A stretch of DNA of 63,867 nucleotides, filler included. It is 5 parts of 5 records of this genome, joined end to end, with 100 filler letters (N's around TTAATTAATTAA, not from the genome) between each part and the next. Parts side by side here need not be neighbours in the genome. Positions count along the whole stretch, not along the records: positions 30,542 to 58,244 come from DRR723986_5196; positions 58,345 to 63,867 come from DRR723986_5332; 3 more parts are not named here. One strand, written 5' to 3'. Numbering within the stretch: position 1 is the first letter of the stretch; each line of letters starts with the position of its first letter. The translations under genes were made by a program, and so were the position numbers. The notes below the pieces were generated by a model, which ran no database searches, was not told the origin of the DNA, and saw nothing but the letters and a program-made list of their open reading frames with translations. Shown here piece by piece: positions 50,126 through 60,010 of this stretch.

Positions 50126-51034
50126 ATGTCAACACAAACGCCGTACATCGGCCGATTTGCCCCGTCACCCACGGGTCCTTTGCATTTGGGCTCCCTGGCC
50201 ACCGCGCTGGGTAGCTTTCTGGACGCGAAGGTACACCGTGGGCAGTGGCTTTTGCGTATTGAAGACATCGACGAGGGGCGCTGCGACGCCACCTCTGCTG
50301 AACATATTCTCCGAACTTTGGAACGCCACAGCCTTCAATGGCAAGGTGAAGTGTGGGTGCAATCAAAACGGCATGCATTGTATGAAGCCGCTTTGAAACT
50401 TTTAGACACGGGAAACCTGACCTACCCCTGCGCCTGTACACGCAAAGAAATTGAGGACGCCAATTCACTTCGGACACCTGGCGAAAACCGCATTTACCCG
50501 GGGACTTGCAGACATGGTATGCCCGCTGGCCGGGAAGCCCGAGCCATTCGTTTTCGTTGCCCGGGAGCACCCATTGCCTGGCACGACCACAGGCTGGGAC
50601 GGTTTGAGGACGACTTGAACACCAGCAGCGGCGACTTTGTGTTGAAACGAGGCGATGGATTTTGGGCCTACCACCTGGTCGTGGTTGTCGATGATTTGGC
50701 CAGTAAGGTAACGCACATTGTGCGCGGTGAAGACCTGACCGACACCACCGCTCGACAAATTGCAGTGTGGAACGCTCTGCAAAGCGGGCTTGAGACACAA
50801 GCCATTGTGAACACCCCGGCCTATTGGCATTTGCCCGTGATTTTGGCCGAAGACGGGCAAAAACTTTCCAAACAAACCGGAGCTTTGGCAGTGCCTGAAC
50901 ACGACCCTGTGTTGAACTTGAATACCGTGTGGCAACACTTTGGTTTACCAAAAATAAAAGCCACTACACCAGTGCAGTGGCTTGAATTGGCAACCCCGAT
51001 TTGGGCAAACTACCGAGCAGCGCAGGCTGCCTAG
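50126..51034 (+). CDS. gluQ: Glutamyl-Q tRNA(Asp) synthetase
   Basis: GRFAPSPTGPLHLGS, CACTRK, YPGTCR, VRGEDL, KLSKQ; no anticodon-binding domain. Confidence 0.93.
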   Translation: MSTQTPYIGRFAPSPTGPLHLGSLATALGSFLDAKVHRGQWLLRIEDIDEGRCDATSAEHILRTLERHSLQWQGEVWVQSKRHALYEAALKLLDTGNLTYPCACTRKEIEDANSLRTPGENRIYPGTCRHGMPAGREARAIRFRCPGAPIAWHDHRLGRFEDDLNTSSGDFVLKRGDGFWAYHLVVVVDDLASKVTHIVRGEDLTDTTARQIAVWNALQSGLETQAIVNTPAYWHLPVILAEDGQKLSKQTGALAVPEHDPVLNLNTVWQHFGLPKIKATTPVQWLELATPIWANYRAAQAA

Positions 51035-51043
51035 TTTCCAAGC

Positions 51044-52651
51044 TCAGTTTCTAGGACTGCCACCCAACAAAAACGCCACAGGCGCGGCATTCTTGTTTTT
51101 TGGTTTGTTGTTGCCAACCGAAGACTGACCTGAAGCAGAGGCTTGAGCTGCGGCCTTGTCTTCCTTGGATTCCTGATAGGGCTGATTGAACAACGAGTCT
51201 TTCACGCGTGTTTGCGCCAGTTTGGCGCGCAGGCGCTCATATTCAGCATCACGATGAATGGGGGCATTGTCGTTAAAACGCGCACCTTGATACGACGTGT
51301 CACGCGCCGGGCGACGCTCACGGGCTGGTGCCGCTTCATCACCGCTGCGCGGAGGGCGACGGTCAGAGCGACCCTCGTAGGTGCGGCCCTCATTGCGACC
51401 TTCGCTGCGACCCTCGCGCCCGCCTCTCTCTTCCCTCGGCGTTCGTGCGCCTGGCACAAAACCTTCGAGTTCTTCGCGCACAAAGGCCTTGCCGATCAGC
51501 TTTTCAATGTCTTTCAAGGCACGCTCATCGCGCTTCACCACGAATGAATATGCAGTTCCTTTTGCGCCGGCACGTCCAGTGCGGCCAATGCGGTGCACAT
51601 AATCCTCTGGGGTGGTAGGCAGGTCGTAGTTGATCACGCAAGGCAGATCAGCAATGTCCAAGCCGCGTGCGGCCACATCGGTCGCCACCAGCACAGTTAC
51701 TTCACCCGCCTTGAAGGCTTCCAGCGACTTGGTTCGCTCTATCTGGGTTTTGTCACCGTGAATGGCTGTGCTCGACACACCTTCTTTTTCAAGGTGGCGC
51801 GCCAAACGGGCAGTGCCCAGCTTGGTGTTTGAAAACACAATCACCTGACTGAGCGCCTTGCTTTGAATCAGGTGGCAAACCGCCATGCGTTTGTCTTCTT
51901 CGCTGTCGAGCGCGAAAATAACCTGTTTGATGTTCTCGGAAGTTGCATTGCGGCGAGCCACTTCAATCAATGTGGGCGACACCATAAAGCTTTTGGCCAG
52001 CTTCTGAATTTCAGGCGAGAACGTAGCGGAGAACAACAGGTTCTGGCGGGTTTTGGGCAACAAGTTAATGATTCGTTGCAGGTCAGGCAAAAAGCCCATG
52101 TCCAGCATGCGGTCTGCTTCGTCCAACACCAGCACCTGCACTTGGCCCAAATTAATACTCTTTTGCTGAACATGGTCCAGCAAGCGGCCAGGTGTAGCGA
52201 TCACCAACTCAACTCCACGGCGCAGCGCCTGGATTTGCGGATTGATGTCCACGCCACCGTAAACCACGGTCGAACGCAAAGGGGTGTGTTTTGCGTAGGT
52301 AAATACGTTGGCGGCAACCTGATCTGCCAACTCTCGAGTCGGCGTCAAAATCAGCGCACGAACAGGGTGGCGGGCTGGCGAGGTATTCTCAGTGGCCAGC
52401 GGCATCAAGCGGTTCAAAATCGGCAATGAGAACCCAGCTGTTTTACCTGTGCCCGTCTGGGCAGCACCCATGACGTCGACGCCGGTCAGCACCACGGGAA
52501 TGGCTTTGGCCTGAATTGGTGTGGGTTTTGTATAACCCTGTTCGTCGATGGCTTTCTGGATGCTGGGATGCAGCGCGAAGTCTGCAAAGGTTACATTCGC
52601 GAGGGCGGCTTCTTCAGCGGCGCTGATGGTATTCGGTTCAGTTTGTGTCAT
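51044..52651 (-). CDS. rhlE: DEAD-box RNA helicase (RhlE-like)
   Basis: AQTGTGKT, PTRELA, DEAD, SAT, HRIGRTGRAG. Confidence 0.9.
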   Translation of the reverse strand: MTQTEPNTISAAEEAALANVTFADFALHPSIQKAIDEQGYTKPTPIQAKAIPVVLTGVDVMGAAQTGTGKTAGFSLPILNRLMPLATENTSPARHPVRALILTPTRELADQVAANVFTYAKHTPLRSTVVYGGVDINPQIQALRRGVELVIATPGRLLDHVQQKSINLGQVQVLVLDEADRMLDMGFLPDLQRIINLLPKTRQNLLFSATFSPEIQKLAKSFMVSPTLIEVARRNATSENIKQVIFALDSEEDKRMAVCHLIQSKALSQVIVFSNTKLGTARLARHLEKEGVSSTAIHGDKTQIERTKSLEAFKAGEVTVLVATDVAARGLDIADLPCVINYDLPTTPEDYVHRIGRTGRAGAKGTAYSFVVKRDERALKDIEKLIGKAFVREELEGFVPGARTPREERGGREGRSEGRNEGRTYEGRSDRRPPRSGDEAAPARERRPARDTSYQGARFNDNAPIHRDAEYERLRAKLAQTRVKDSLFNQPYQESKEDKAAAQASASGQSSVGNNKPKNKNAAPVAFLLGGSPRN

Positions 52652-52770
52652 GCACGCATTCTAAGCCTATTTGGTGCTTATTATTTGTGCAATTGCTTTA
52701 AATTCACCTGCTGCACCGGCTGGGTGCAGCAAATGTACTTTTCATACAACAGCGGGCGAGCTGACCAAGC

Positions 52771-53700
52771 TTACAGATTTTCAGCAATGAACTCATCGAC
52801 ATGCTTCACGGCCAAACGCCCCGCATTCGCTTGAGAGCTTTCAGTGCCCCAAGCCACGTGTGGCGTGATAATGCAGCGCGGGTGTCGCCACTGCACCATC
52901 AGGTGATCCCGGGGAGGAGGTTCCACCTCCAGTACATCCAGCGCAGCGCCACCCAAATGGCCACTTTCGATCGCCTGCTTCAAGGCATCGAACTGCACCA
53001 GGCCACCGCGAGCGGTATTAATCAGAATTGCGCCCTTTTTCATTTTGGGGATGGTGTCGGGACCAATCAAACCCTTCGTTTGCTCATTCAAGGGGCAATG
53101 CAGGCTGAGCACATCGCTGTGGGCCAACCCATAGTCGAAAGTCACATACCCCTCACGAGGCTTTTCAACACCCTGACGTTCGATGTGCAAAATAGTCATG
53201 CCAAAAGCCTTGGCAAATTCAATCAGCTTGCCGCCAATCGCACCACTACCCAACACACCAAGGGTTTGAGTGTGCAGGCCGCGCATCGGCAAAGTATGGA
53301 GGCAGAAAAACCGCGATGCACTCCAGCTGCCATCGTGCACCAGCGCTTCCCACTCGGGTACACGGCGGGTCAACTGCAAAATACACGCCATTGCATGCTC
53401 AGCCACGGATTCGGGGCCGTAATTCACCACATTACTGACCTTGATGCCACGCTCAGCGCAGGCTGCCTTGTCGACGTTGTCGGTACCCGTGGCCACCAAT
53501 TGAATCATTTTCAGTTTAGGTGCTGCGTCCAGCTCGGCAGGGCCAATTTTCACCTTGTTGATAATCAGAATTTCCGCATCCTTGATCCGTTCTTTTAGCG
53601 TATCCACCGTAGTGAAAGGGTATTCGGTCCAAGTGTGTGCGCACTCTGGACGGGGCAAAGGGGTACGTACGGTTTCGCTTTCCAGCCAAACAATGTTCAT
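52771..53700 (-). CDS. D-2-hydroxyacid dehydrogenase (glycerate dehydrogenase-like)
   Basis: ATGTDNVD, GSGAIG, LHCPL, INTARG, TPHVAW. Confidence 0.9.
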   Translation of the reverse strand: MNIVWLESETVRTPLPRPECAHTWTEYPFTTVDTLKERIKDAEILIINKVKIGPAELDAAPKLKMIQLVATGTDNVDKAACAERGIKVSNVVNYGPESVAEHAMACILQLTRRVPEWEALVHDGSWSASRFFCLHTLPMRGLHTQTLGVLGSGAIGGKLIEFAKAFGMTILHIERQGVEKPREGYVTFDYGLAHSDVLSLHCPLNEQTKGLIGPDTIPKMKKGAILINTARGGLVQFDALKQAIESGHLGGAALDVLEVEPPPRDHLMVQWRHPRCIITPHVAWGTESSQANAGRLAVKHVDEFIAENL

Positions 53701-53821
53701 GGTGTCGAGTCTCCAGTTCAGTTGCTAGAAGGCTACCGGCTAATTGCGGGCTTCGACACTGGGGCTAACCATGAAAATGCCAGTCAAGTTACACTGCAAT
53801 GCGGACGGGGAGGAAAAGAAA

Positions 53822-54055
53822 GTGGCGGGAAAATACGAAGGCAAAATCAACATGGCCATGGGTGTGACCAAACAGAAGATTGGTGAACTGACTGGCAACA
53901 AGAAACTACAACGAGAAGGTCAATTTCAAAAACTCAAAGGGGCCACCCAAGATGCGGCCGAAACCGCCAAAACCACAGTGAAGAGCACTGGCAAGGCACT
54001 TGGCAAAGAGGTCAACAAGAGCCTGAACCAGATTCGCAACAAACTCAAACCTTGA
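53822..54055 (+). CDS. CsbD-family stress protein
   Basis: GKINMAMGVTKQKIGELTGNKKLQREG..QKLKG pattern; RBS GAGGA before GTG 53822. Confidence 0.8.
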   Translation: MAGKYEGKINMAMGVTKQKIGELTGNKKLQREGQFQKLKGATQDAAETAKTTVKSTGKALGKEVNKSLNQIRNKLKP

Positions 54056-55625
54056 CCTCGGTGTCCGTGGTCAATGGCTCATGAAACACCCCTGCTATCC
54101 GATAGCAGTTTTTCCCCGCCTTCTTGGCTTGATACATTTGCTCATCGCTAATTTCAAGCAGCTGTTGAATGGAATGCCCGTGCAATGGATGCATGGCAGC
54201 ACCAATGCTGCATGACACGGTCAAACCGTGGTTCTGCCGTACACGCACCAACAACTTGTCGCAGGCAAACGATTCAATAATTCGCTCGGCAATGTTTTTA
54301 AGCAACTGAATGTTGCAACGGGCCACAATAATCGCGAACTCATCTCCACCCAAACGTGCGACATGGTCTACATTGCGTGTCGCTCCTTTCAGCAAAGTAG
54401 CGCTGGTTTTCAGAATTTGATCTCCGGCCTTGTGGCCCAAGGTGTCATTGACGGCCTTAAACCCGTCGAGATCCAGAAACATGAGCCCAAGAGTTTCACC
54501 TGGCAACAGCCGTGAAAGCCGAGCCTCCAGGGTCATGTCGAACCCGCGACGGTTCAACACACCTGTCAACGGATCTCGCTCAACCTCATTGCGCAAATCC
54601 TCCACATTTTTGCGAATGCTGACATCGTCCACAATCAACACCGCATGGGCGCCCTGAATTTTGTCGTTGTACACCGCAAACCGGAATTGCAGCACACGCC
54701 CATCCGTGAAATTCAACTCAACCGGCATCTCATGGTTTCCGAAGTAATCAGTCACCAGGTCTTTCAGACGAATTCGCTGCTCTCGAACCACACCTGCCTG
54801 AATCAGCAATGTCTCTAGCTTGGCCGACTCGGGGTTGAGCGTTTCAATCTTCAGCATTTTTGCCAGCGCTTTATTCAGATAAAGCAGGTTGAAATGTTCG
54901 TCCAGATAGGCCACCCCACTGGCCAGAGACGACAACAGCATGTCGAGTCGATTTTTCTCAGACACAGACCGTGCGTGGCTCTCCTCCATGGCTTTCATTT
55001 GCAGCTCAATGGCCTGAGCCATGCTATTGAAGGCAGCCCCAAGACAGGAAATTTCATCACGCCCGGTCACCTCGATTCGGGATTGGATTTTTCCAGACTG
55101 CAACTCCATCGCCTTGCTGCGAAGGTCTTCAAGCCGTGCAGACAGTGTATTGCTCAAGCCCAACAAAATCATTGAGCATGCCAGCGCACTCAATAAAAAC
55201 ACACCGGCCAAGTAAAACAGCATGTCATTGCGGCTGCGATACACTTCGTTTTCATCAAACAACACCTTCAGTTGTTGCCCGGTATTCGGTAAATCAAAAA
55301 TCGACAACAAAGGGCTTGCCGCCTCAGTCAAGTCATCGGGCACATCGCCCATTGCATAAGGCATTTCGCTGCCCTCGTTCACCCACACAGCGGCAGGTTT
55401 GTGGCGCAAGTAGAAATCCCGAACGATTGAAGAAAGTGCGTTCAGAGAATGACTGTTGTTGGTCAAACGAGCCTTGGTCAGTTCGGATTGAAAACTTTCC
55501 TGAATTCGAAGCAGATCCTGCTCGGCCAATTTGCCCATGTGAATGAATTGAATGGTCGTAAAGATGCCCCCCAGCAGCAACTGGGCCACAAACGTAGTAA
55601 GCAACCATTTCCATTTGAAAGACAT
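54045..55625 (-). CDS. Membrane diguanylate cyclase (2TM-HAMP-PAS-GGDEF)
   Basis: Two TM segments, HAMP (RDEISCLGAAFNSMA), DPLTG, DLDGFK, RxxD I-site (RNVD), GGDEF; likely ATG 55625. Confidence 0.92.
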   Translation of the reverse strand: MSFKWKWLLTTFVAQLLLGGIFTTIQFIHMGKLAEQDLLRIQESFQSELTKARLTNNSHSLNALSSIVRDFYLRHKPAAVWVNEGSEMPYAMGDVPDDLTEAASPLLSIFDLPNTGQQLKVLFDENEVYRSRNDMLFYLAGVFLLSALACSMILLGLSNTLSARLEDLRSKAMELQSGKIQSRIEVTGRDEISCLGAAFNSMAQAIELQMKAMEESHARSVSEKNRLDMLLSSLASGVAYLDEHFNLLYLNKALAKMLKIETLNPESAKLETLLIQAGVVREQRIRLKDLVTDYFGNHEMPVELNFTDGRVLQFRFAVYNDKIQGAHAVLIVDDVSIRKNVEDLRNEVERDPLTGVLNRRGFDMTLEARLSRLLPGETLGLMFLDLDGFKAVNDTLGHKAGDQILKTSATLLKGATRNVDHVARLGGDEFAIIVARCNIQLLKNIAERIIESFACDKLLVRVRQNHGLTVSCSIGAAMHPLHGHSIQQLLEISDEQMYQAKKAGKNCYRIAGVFHEPLTTDTEVKV

Positions 55626-55790
55626 TGTGAACAAATCCGTGTTGAACAGGGCACCAAACCAGTATGTGACGTCGCTGCGCAGGCGGTAATCCCACGAGAG
55701 GGGCACATTTTCAGCAATCGCAAAAAAAATGACTTATTTCTGCAAAGGGGTGTTGTGTTCAATATGGTTTTTTGCCATAATTGCGGGCTT

Positions 55791-55877
55791 GCCGAGGTGG
55801 CGGAATTGGTAGACGCGCTGGACTCAAAATCCAGTGGTAGAGATATCGTGCGGGTTCGATTCCCGCCCTCGGCACCA
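55791..55877 (+). tRNA. tRNA-Leu (anticodon CAA)
   Basis: GCCGAGG...CCTCGGC-ACCA; anticodon arm CTGGA-CT-CAA-AA-TCCAG; long variable arm; GGTTCGATTCC. Confidence 0.97.
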
Positions 55878-55891
55878 GCCCCCAGGACACC

Positions 55892-56980
55892 ATGAAAGCA
55901 ACCATGAAACTGTCCGAATTCGATTTTGATCTTCCCGAACAGCTTATTGCCCAACACCCCCCGGAACACCGAGGAGAGTCGCGCCTGCTTGTTTGCCAAA
56001 ACAACAAACCCATTGAAGATCACCTGTTCGAGCAGGTGCTGAACTTGCTTCAGCCCAATGATGTGCTGGTGGTTAACGACACCAAAGTGCTGAAAGCCCG
56101 GCTTGAGGGTTACAAAGCCAGTGGCGGAAAAATCGAAGTGATGCTGGAGCGTATTCTCGATGACCGGCGTTTTACTGCCATGATTCGGGCCAGCAAATCA
56201 CCCAAACCAGGCAGCGACATTGTATTGGCTGGCATAGCCACAGCGCGCGTACTCAGCAAACACGACATGATGTACGAGCTGGAGTTGCTGGAAAGCAGCC
56301 TGAGCCTGCCCGAGTTGCTGGAGAAGCACGGTGCCCTGCCCCTTCCACCCTACATTGAACACAGCGCGAATGCGCAAGACGATGAACGCTACCAAACCGT
56401 GTTTGCGCGTGAGCCGGGCGCTGTGGCTGCTCCAACGGCCGGTCTGCATTTCACTGAAAGACTGCTACAAGAAGTACAGGCGCGCGGTGTACAACTGTTG
56501 AACCTGACATTGCATGTCGGCGCTGGTACTTTCCTGCCGGTTAAAACCGACAATGTCGACGAACACGTCATGCACAGCGAGCGCTACGCCATTTCGGGTT
56601 CGCTCATCGAAGCCATGATCAGAGCCAAACAGAATGGCGGCAAAGTGGTTGCGGTAGGCACCACTTCTCTGCGGGCATTGGAGGCCTGGGCCACAGAAAC
56701 AGGCTGCAATTTAAGCACCACCGAAGGTTTGAATAAGGCAGCAGAATTTGCGCGTAGCGGCCATGCTGGCGATACGCAAATATTTATCAAGCCAGGCTAT
56801 ACATTCAAGGTGGTTGACCGCCTAATCACCAATTTCCACTTACCCAAAAGCACCTTGCTGATGCTGGTGTCTGCTTTTGCCGGGAAAACCAACATACTCA
56901 ACGCATATGCGCATGCAATTGCGCAACAATACAGGTTCTTCAGTTACGGCGACGCCATGTGGCTTGAACGCTCCGAATGA
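55892..56980 (+). CDS. queA: S-adenosylmethionine:tRNA ribosyltransferase-isomerase
   Basis: LPEQLIAQHP, PLPPYI, AAPTAGLHF, TNFHLPKS, FFSYGDAM. Confidence 0.97.
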   Translation: MKATMKLSEFDFDLPEQLIAQHPPEHRGESRLLVCQNNKPIEDHLFEQVLNLLQPNDVLVVNDTKVLKARLEGYKASGGKIEVMLERILDDRRFTAMIRASKSPKPGSDIVLAGIATARVLSKHDMMYELELLESSLSLPELLEKHGALPLPPYIEHSANAQDDERYQTVFAREPGAVAAPTAGLHFTERLLQEVQARGVQLLNLTLHVGAGTFLPVKTDNVDEHVMHSERYAISGSLIEAMIRAKQNGGKVVAVGTTSLRALEAWATETGCNLSTTEGLNKAAEFARSGHAGDTQIFIKPGYTFKVVDRLITNFHLPKSTLLMLVSAFAGKTNILNAYAHAIAQQYRFFSYGDAMWLERSE

Positions 56981-57852
56981 TCGAATCTGCCTATCCAATT
57001 GTTTCTCACGATGGCAGCGCAATACAAATGATGCGCTGGTCCAACTCCGGAAATAAACCCAAGCTGCATTGGGCACACGCCACCGGGTTCAACGCCAAAA
57101 CCTATACACCATTGTTACGCGAGTTATTGCCACACTTTGACGTACACACCTGGGACATGCGTGGACACGGTGAAAGCCGATCAGCGGGCAATCCAAAAAC
57201 ATTCCGCGGCTGGTCCACTTATTATCAAGACCTGATTGCGGTACTCGATCAGTCCAGCGAACCCATGTGGCTCGCCGGGCATTCAATCGGTGCCACCACC
57301 AGCCTTGCGGCAGCAGCCCAACGCCCCCAAAAAGTAAAAGGCCTTGTATTGGTAGAACCAGTGTTGCTGGACCCCAGGCAAGGTTTTGCACTACGCCTTG
57401 CGAATTGGTTTGGTTTTGCTGACCGAATTGCCATGGCTGCAGCGGCAGCCCGCAGGCGTGCAAGTTTCCCGACACACCAAGACGCTTTTGAGAATTACCG
57501 CAGCAAAAAAGCTTTCGGAACATGGAGCGATGAATGGCTGCACGCCTATGTGGAACATGGTTTTGTGCCCAGCCACAACAATGAAGTTGAACTGGCCTGC
57601 CCCCCCAGCTGGGAATCACTCACCTTTCAACACACAGAGCCCAATGCTGCTCGCTGGATTCGTGACCCGGGCTGCCCAATCCATATTCTGGCAGCAGGTC
57701 GAGGATCTACATTTCCCACCACCGCACACGCGCGCATTCAGAAACGTTTGCCCAAGGCCCATATCGAGGTGATTGCTGATGCCACGCACTTCTTGCCGAT
57801 GGAACACACTGGGCTGGTGGTGCAACGCATCTGCGACATCGTGAAAAAATAA
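56977..57852 (+). CDS. Alpha/beta fold hydrolase
   Basis: HATGF, DMRGHG, GHSIG, THFLPME. Confidence 0.88.
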   Translation: MIESAYPIVSHDGSAIQMMRWSNSGNKPKLHWAHATGFNAKTYTPLLRELLPHFDVHTWDMRGHGESRSAGNPKTFRGWSTYYQDLIAVLDQSSEPMWLAGHSIGATTSLAAAAQRPQKVKGLVLVEPVLLDPRQGFALRLANWFGFADRIAMAAAAARRRASFPTHQDAFENYRSKKAFGTWSDEWLHAYVEHGFVPSHNNEVELACPPSWESLTFQHTEPNAARWIRDPGCPIHILAAGRGSTFPTTAHARIQKRLPKAHIEVIADATHFLPMEHTGLVVQRICDIVKK

Positions 57853-57879
57853 AGCCCGGTGATTTCTCACCGGGCCTTT
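57851..57879. terminator. Probable bidirectional terminator
   Basis: AAAGCCCGGTGA-TTTC-TCACCGGGCCTTT between convergent genes. Confidence 0.75.
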
Positions 57880-57904
57880 GCAAGACAAAGCGATTGCGTC
57901 AAAT

Positions 57905-58243
57905 TTACTCGACCGCTTTCACCATGTCTTCAATCACTTTCTTGGCATCGCCAAACACCATCATAGTTTTGTCCATGTAGAACAACTCGTTGTCCAAACC
58001 AGCATAGCCGGCATTCATGGAGCGCTTGTTCACGATAATGGTTTTTGCCTTGTAGGCTTCCAGAATTGGCATGCCTGCAATCGGGCTCTTGGGGTCTTTT
58101 GCTGCGGGGTTCACCACATCGTTCGCACCCAACACCAACACCACATCGGTTTGTGCAAACTCGCTGTTGATGTCTTCCATCTCAAACACCTGGTCGTAGG
58201 GCACTTCAGCCTCTGCCAGCAGCACGTTCATGTGGCCAGGCAT
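57905..58243 (-). CDS. pntB: NAD(P) transhydrogenase beta subunit, C-terminal part (5' truncated)
   Basis: [37 protein letters not shown]. Confidence 0.96.
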   Translation of the reverse strand: MPGHMNVLLAEAEVPYDQVFEMEDINSEFAQTDVVLVLGANDVVNPAAKDPKSPIAGMPILEAYKAKTIIVNKRSMNAGYAGLDNELFYMDKTMMVFGDAKKVIEDMVKAVE

Positions 58244-58244
58244 A

Positions 58245-58344
58245 NNNNNNNNNNNNNNNNNNNNNNNNNNNNNNNNNNNNNNNNNNNNTTAATTAATTAA
58301 NNNNNNNNNNNNNNNNNNNNNNNNNNNNNNNNNNNNNNNNNNNN
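58245..58344. other. Contig junction (N-run plus linker)
   Basis: N-run with TTAATTAATTAA. Confidence 0.99.
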
Positions 58345-58345
58345 C

Positions 58346-58933
58346 TGGCCCAATCTGGTGGTGCTGTGCGATATTTCCGGATCCATGTCGCAATATTCGC
58401 GGATGGTTTTGCATTTCCTGCATGCGGTGGCCAATGAAAAGGGCGCCGGTTGGGCGCGGGTGCATGCCTTTACCTTTGGCACCCGGCTGACCAATATCAC
58501 CCGCCACCTGGCGCAGCGCGATGTCGATCAGGCGCTGGCCGCCGCCGGGGCCGAGGCCCAGGATTGGCAGGGCGGCACCCGCATCGGCAGCTGCTTGCGC
58601 CAGTTCAACCACCAATGGTCGCGCCGGGTGATGGGGCAGGGGGCGGTGGTATTGCTGATCACCGATGGGCTGGATCGCGACAGCGCGCAGGATCTAGGCC
58701 ATGAAATGCAGCGCCTGCACCTGTCCGCGCGCCGCCTGATCTGGCTGAACCCGCTGTTGCGCTGGCAGGGCTTTGCCCCCCGCGCGGCTGGGATCAAGGC
58801 GATGTTGCCCCATGTCGATGCCTTTCGCGCGGGCCACAATATCCAAAGCCTCGAGGCGCTGGGCGCCGCCATCAGCAGCACCCGCGACAGTGGCGAAAAA
58901 GACCGGCTGATGGCGATGGTGGCCGGCCAATAG
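58346..58933 (+). CDS. coxE: VWA-domain CoxE-like protein (5' truncated)
   Basis: MIDAS DISGSM, FGTRLT, WQGGTRIG, ITDGLD, WLNPLL. Confidence 0.88.
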   Translation, partial: WPNLVVLCDISGSMSQYSRMVLHFLHAVANEKGAGWARVHAFTFGTRLTNITRHLAQRDVDQALAAAGAEAQDWQGGTRIGSCLRQFNHQWSRRVMGQGAVVLLITDGLDRDSAQDLGHEMQRLHLSARRLIWLNPLLRWQGFAPRAAGIKAMLPHVDAFRAGHNIQSLEALGAAISSTRDSGEKDRLMAMVAGQ

Positions 58934-59047
58934 GGCGGGGCGAGATGCGGCTTGCACTTGGCGTGGCTGGGGTGTTTCATACGCGCAACGGCGCGCCCGC
59001 GTAATCGCCGCGTGATCCCCGCGTGAGTACTGGCACAGGAGGCAGGC

Positions 59048-60010
59048 ATGGATCAAATTCCCGAAACGGCACTGGCGTGGCACGATGCCGGGCGCGGCGC
59101 GGTTTTGGCCACGGTGATCGAAACATGGGGCAGCGCGCCACGGCGTGTGGGCAGCCAATTGGTGATTTCGGGCGATGGCCAGATCGAGGGCTCGGTCTCG
59201 GGCGGCTGTGTCGAGGGCGCGGTGGTGTTTGAGGCGCAAGAGGCGTTGCAAGATGGCGGCCAGCGCGTGCTGGAATTTGGGGTCAGCGATGGCGATGCCT
59301 TTGCCGTGGGGCTGGCCTGCGGGGGCACTATTCGGGTGCTGTTAGAGCCGGTGGGCCAGGTTTTGCCCCGCGATCTGCTGGCGGCGCTGGTGGCGGCGCG
59401 CGCGGCGCGCCAGCCTGCGGCGATGGTGGCCGATTTAACCACGGGCGCGCGGCGGCTTGATCTTGCGGGCCATGCGCCACGTTTTCGCGCCGACCGCTCT
59501 GGGTTTGAAGAGGGCAGCCAAACCTTTGTCACCATTCATAATCCGCCTTTGCGGCTGCTGGTGGTGGGGGCGGTGCATATTGCGCAGGCGCTTGTGCCTA
59601 TGGCGCGGCTGGCGGGCCATGATGCCTTTGTGATCGACCCGCGCGAGGCCTTTGGCAACAGCGCCCGCTTTCCCGATGCCCATATCCTGAACGATTGGCC
59701 CGACGAGGCCTTGGCCAGCCTGGGGCTGGATATGCGCACCGCGCTGGTGCTGTTGACCCATGACCCAAAGCTTGACGATCCGGCGCTTGTGCTGGGGCTG
59801 CGATCAGATGCGTTCTACATCGGCGCGCTGGGGTCTACCCGCACCCATGCCAAACGCTGCCAGCGCCTGGCCGATATGGGCTTTGGCCCCGATGATCTGG
59901 CGCGCATCCACGGCCCCATCGGGCTGAATATCGGCGCCGCCAACCCAGCCGAAATTGCCGTGGCGATTTTGGCGCAGATGACGGCGGTGTTGCGCGGGGG
60001 GCAACCTTGA
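59048..60010 (+). CDS. XdhC/CoxF-family molybdenum cofactor insertion chaperone
   Basis: TWGSAPR, SGGCVEG, GLACGG, THDPKLDD, YIGALGS, GPIGL. Confidence 0.92.
   Translation: MDQIPETALAWHDAGRGAVLATVIETWGSAPRRVGSQLVISGDGQIEGSVSGGCVEGAVVFEAQEALQDGGQRVLEFGVSDGDAFAVGLACGGTIRVLLEPVGQVLPRDLLAALVAARAARQPAAMVADLTTGARRLDLAGHAPRFRADRSGFEEGSQTFVTIHNPPLRLLVVGAVHIAQALVPMARLAGHDAFVIDPREAFGNSARFPDAHILNDWPDEALASLGLDMRTALVLLTHDPKLDDPALVLGLRSDAFYIGALGSTRTHAKRCQRLADMGFGPDDLARIHGPIGLNIGAANPAEIAVAILAQMTAVLRGGQP

Noticed and set aside
55791-55891. Genomic island at tRNA-Leu(CAA)
   Set aside because: No integrase and no duplicated tRNA 3' end; queA follows immediately
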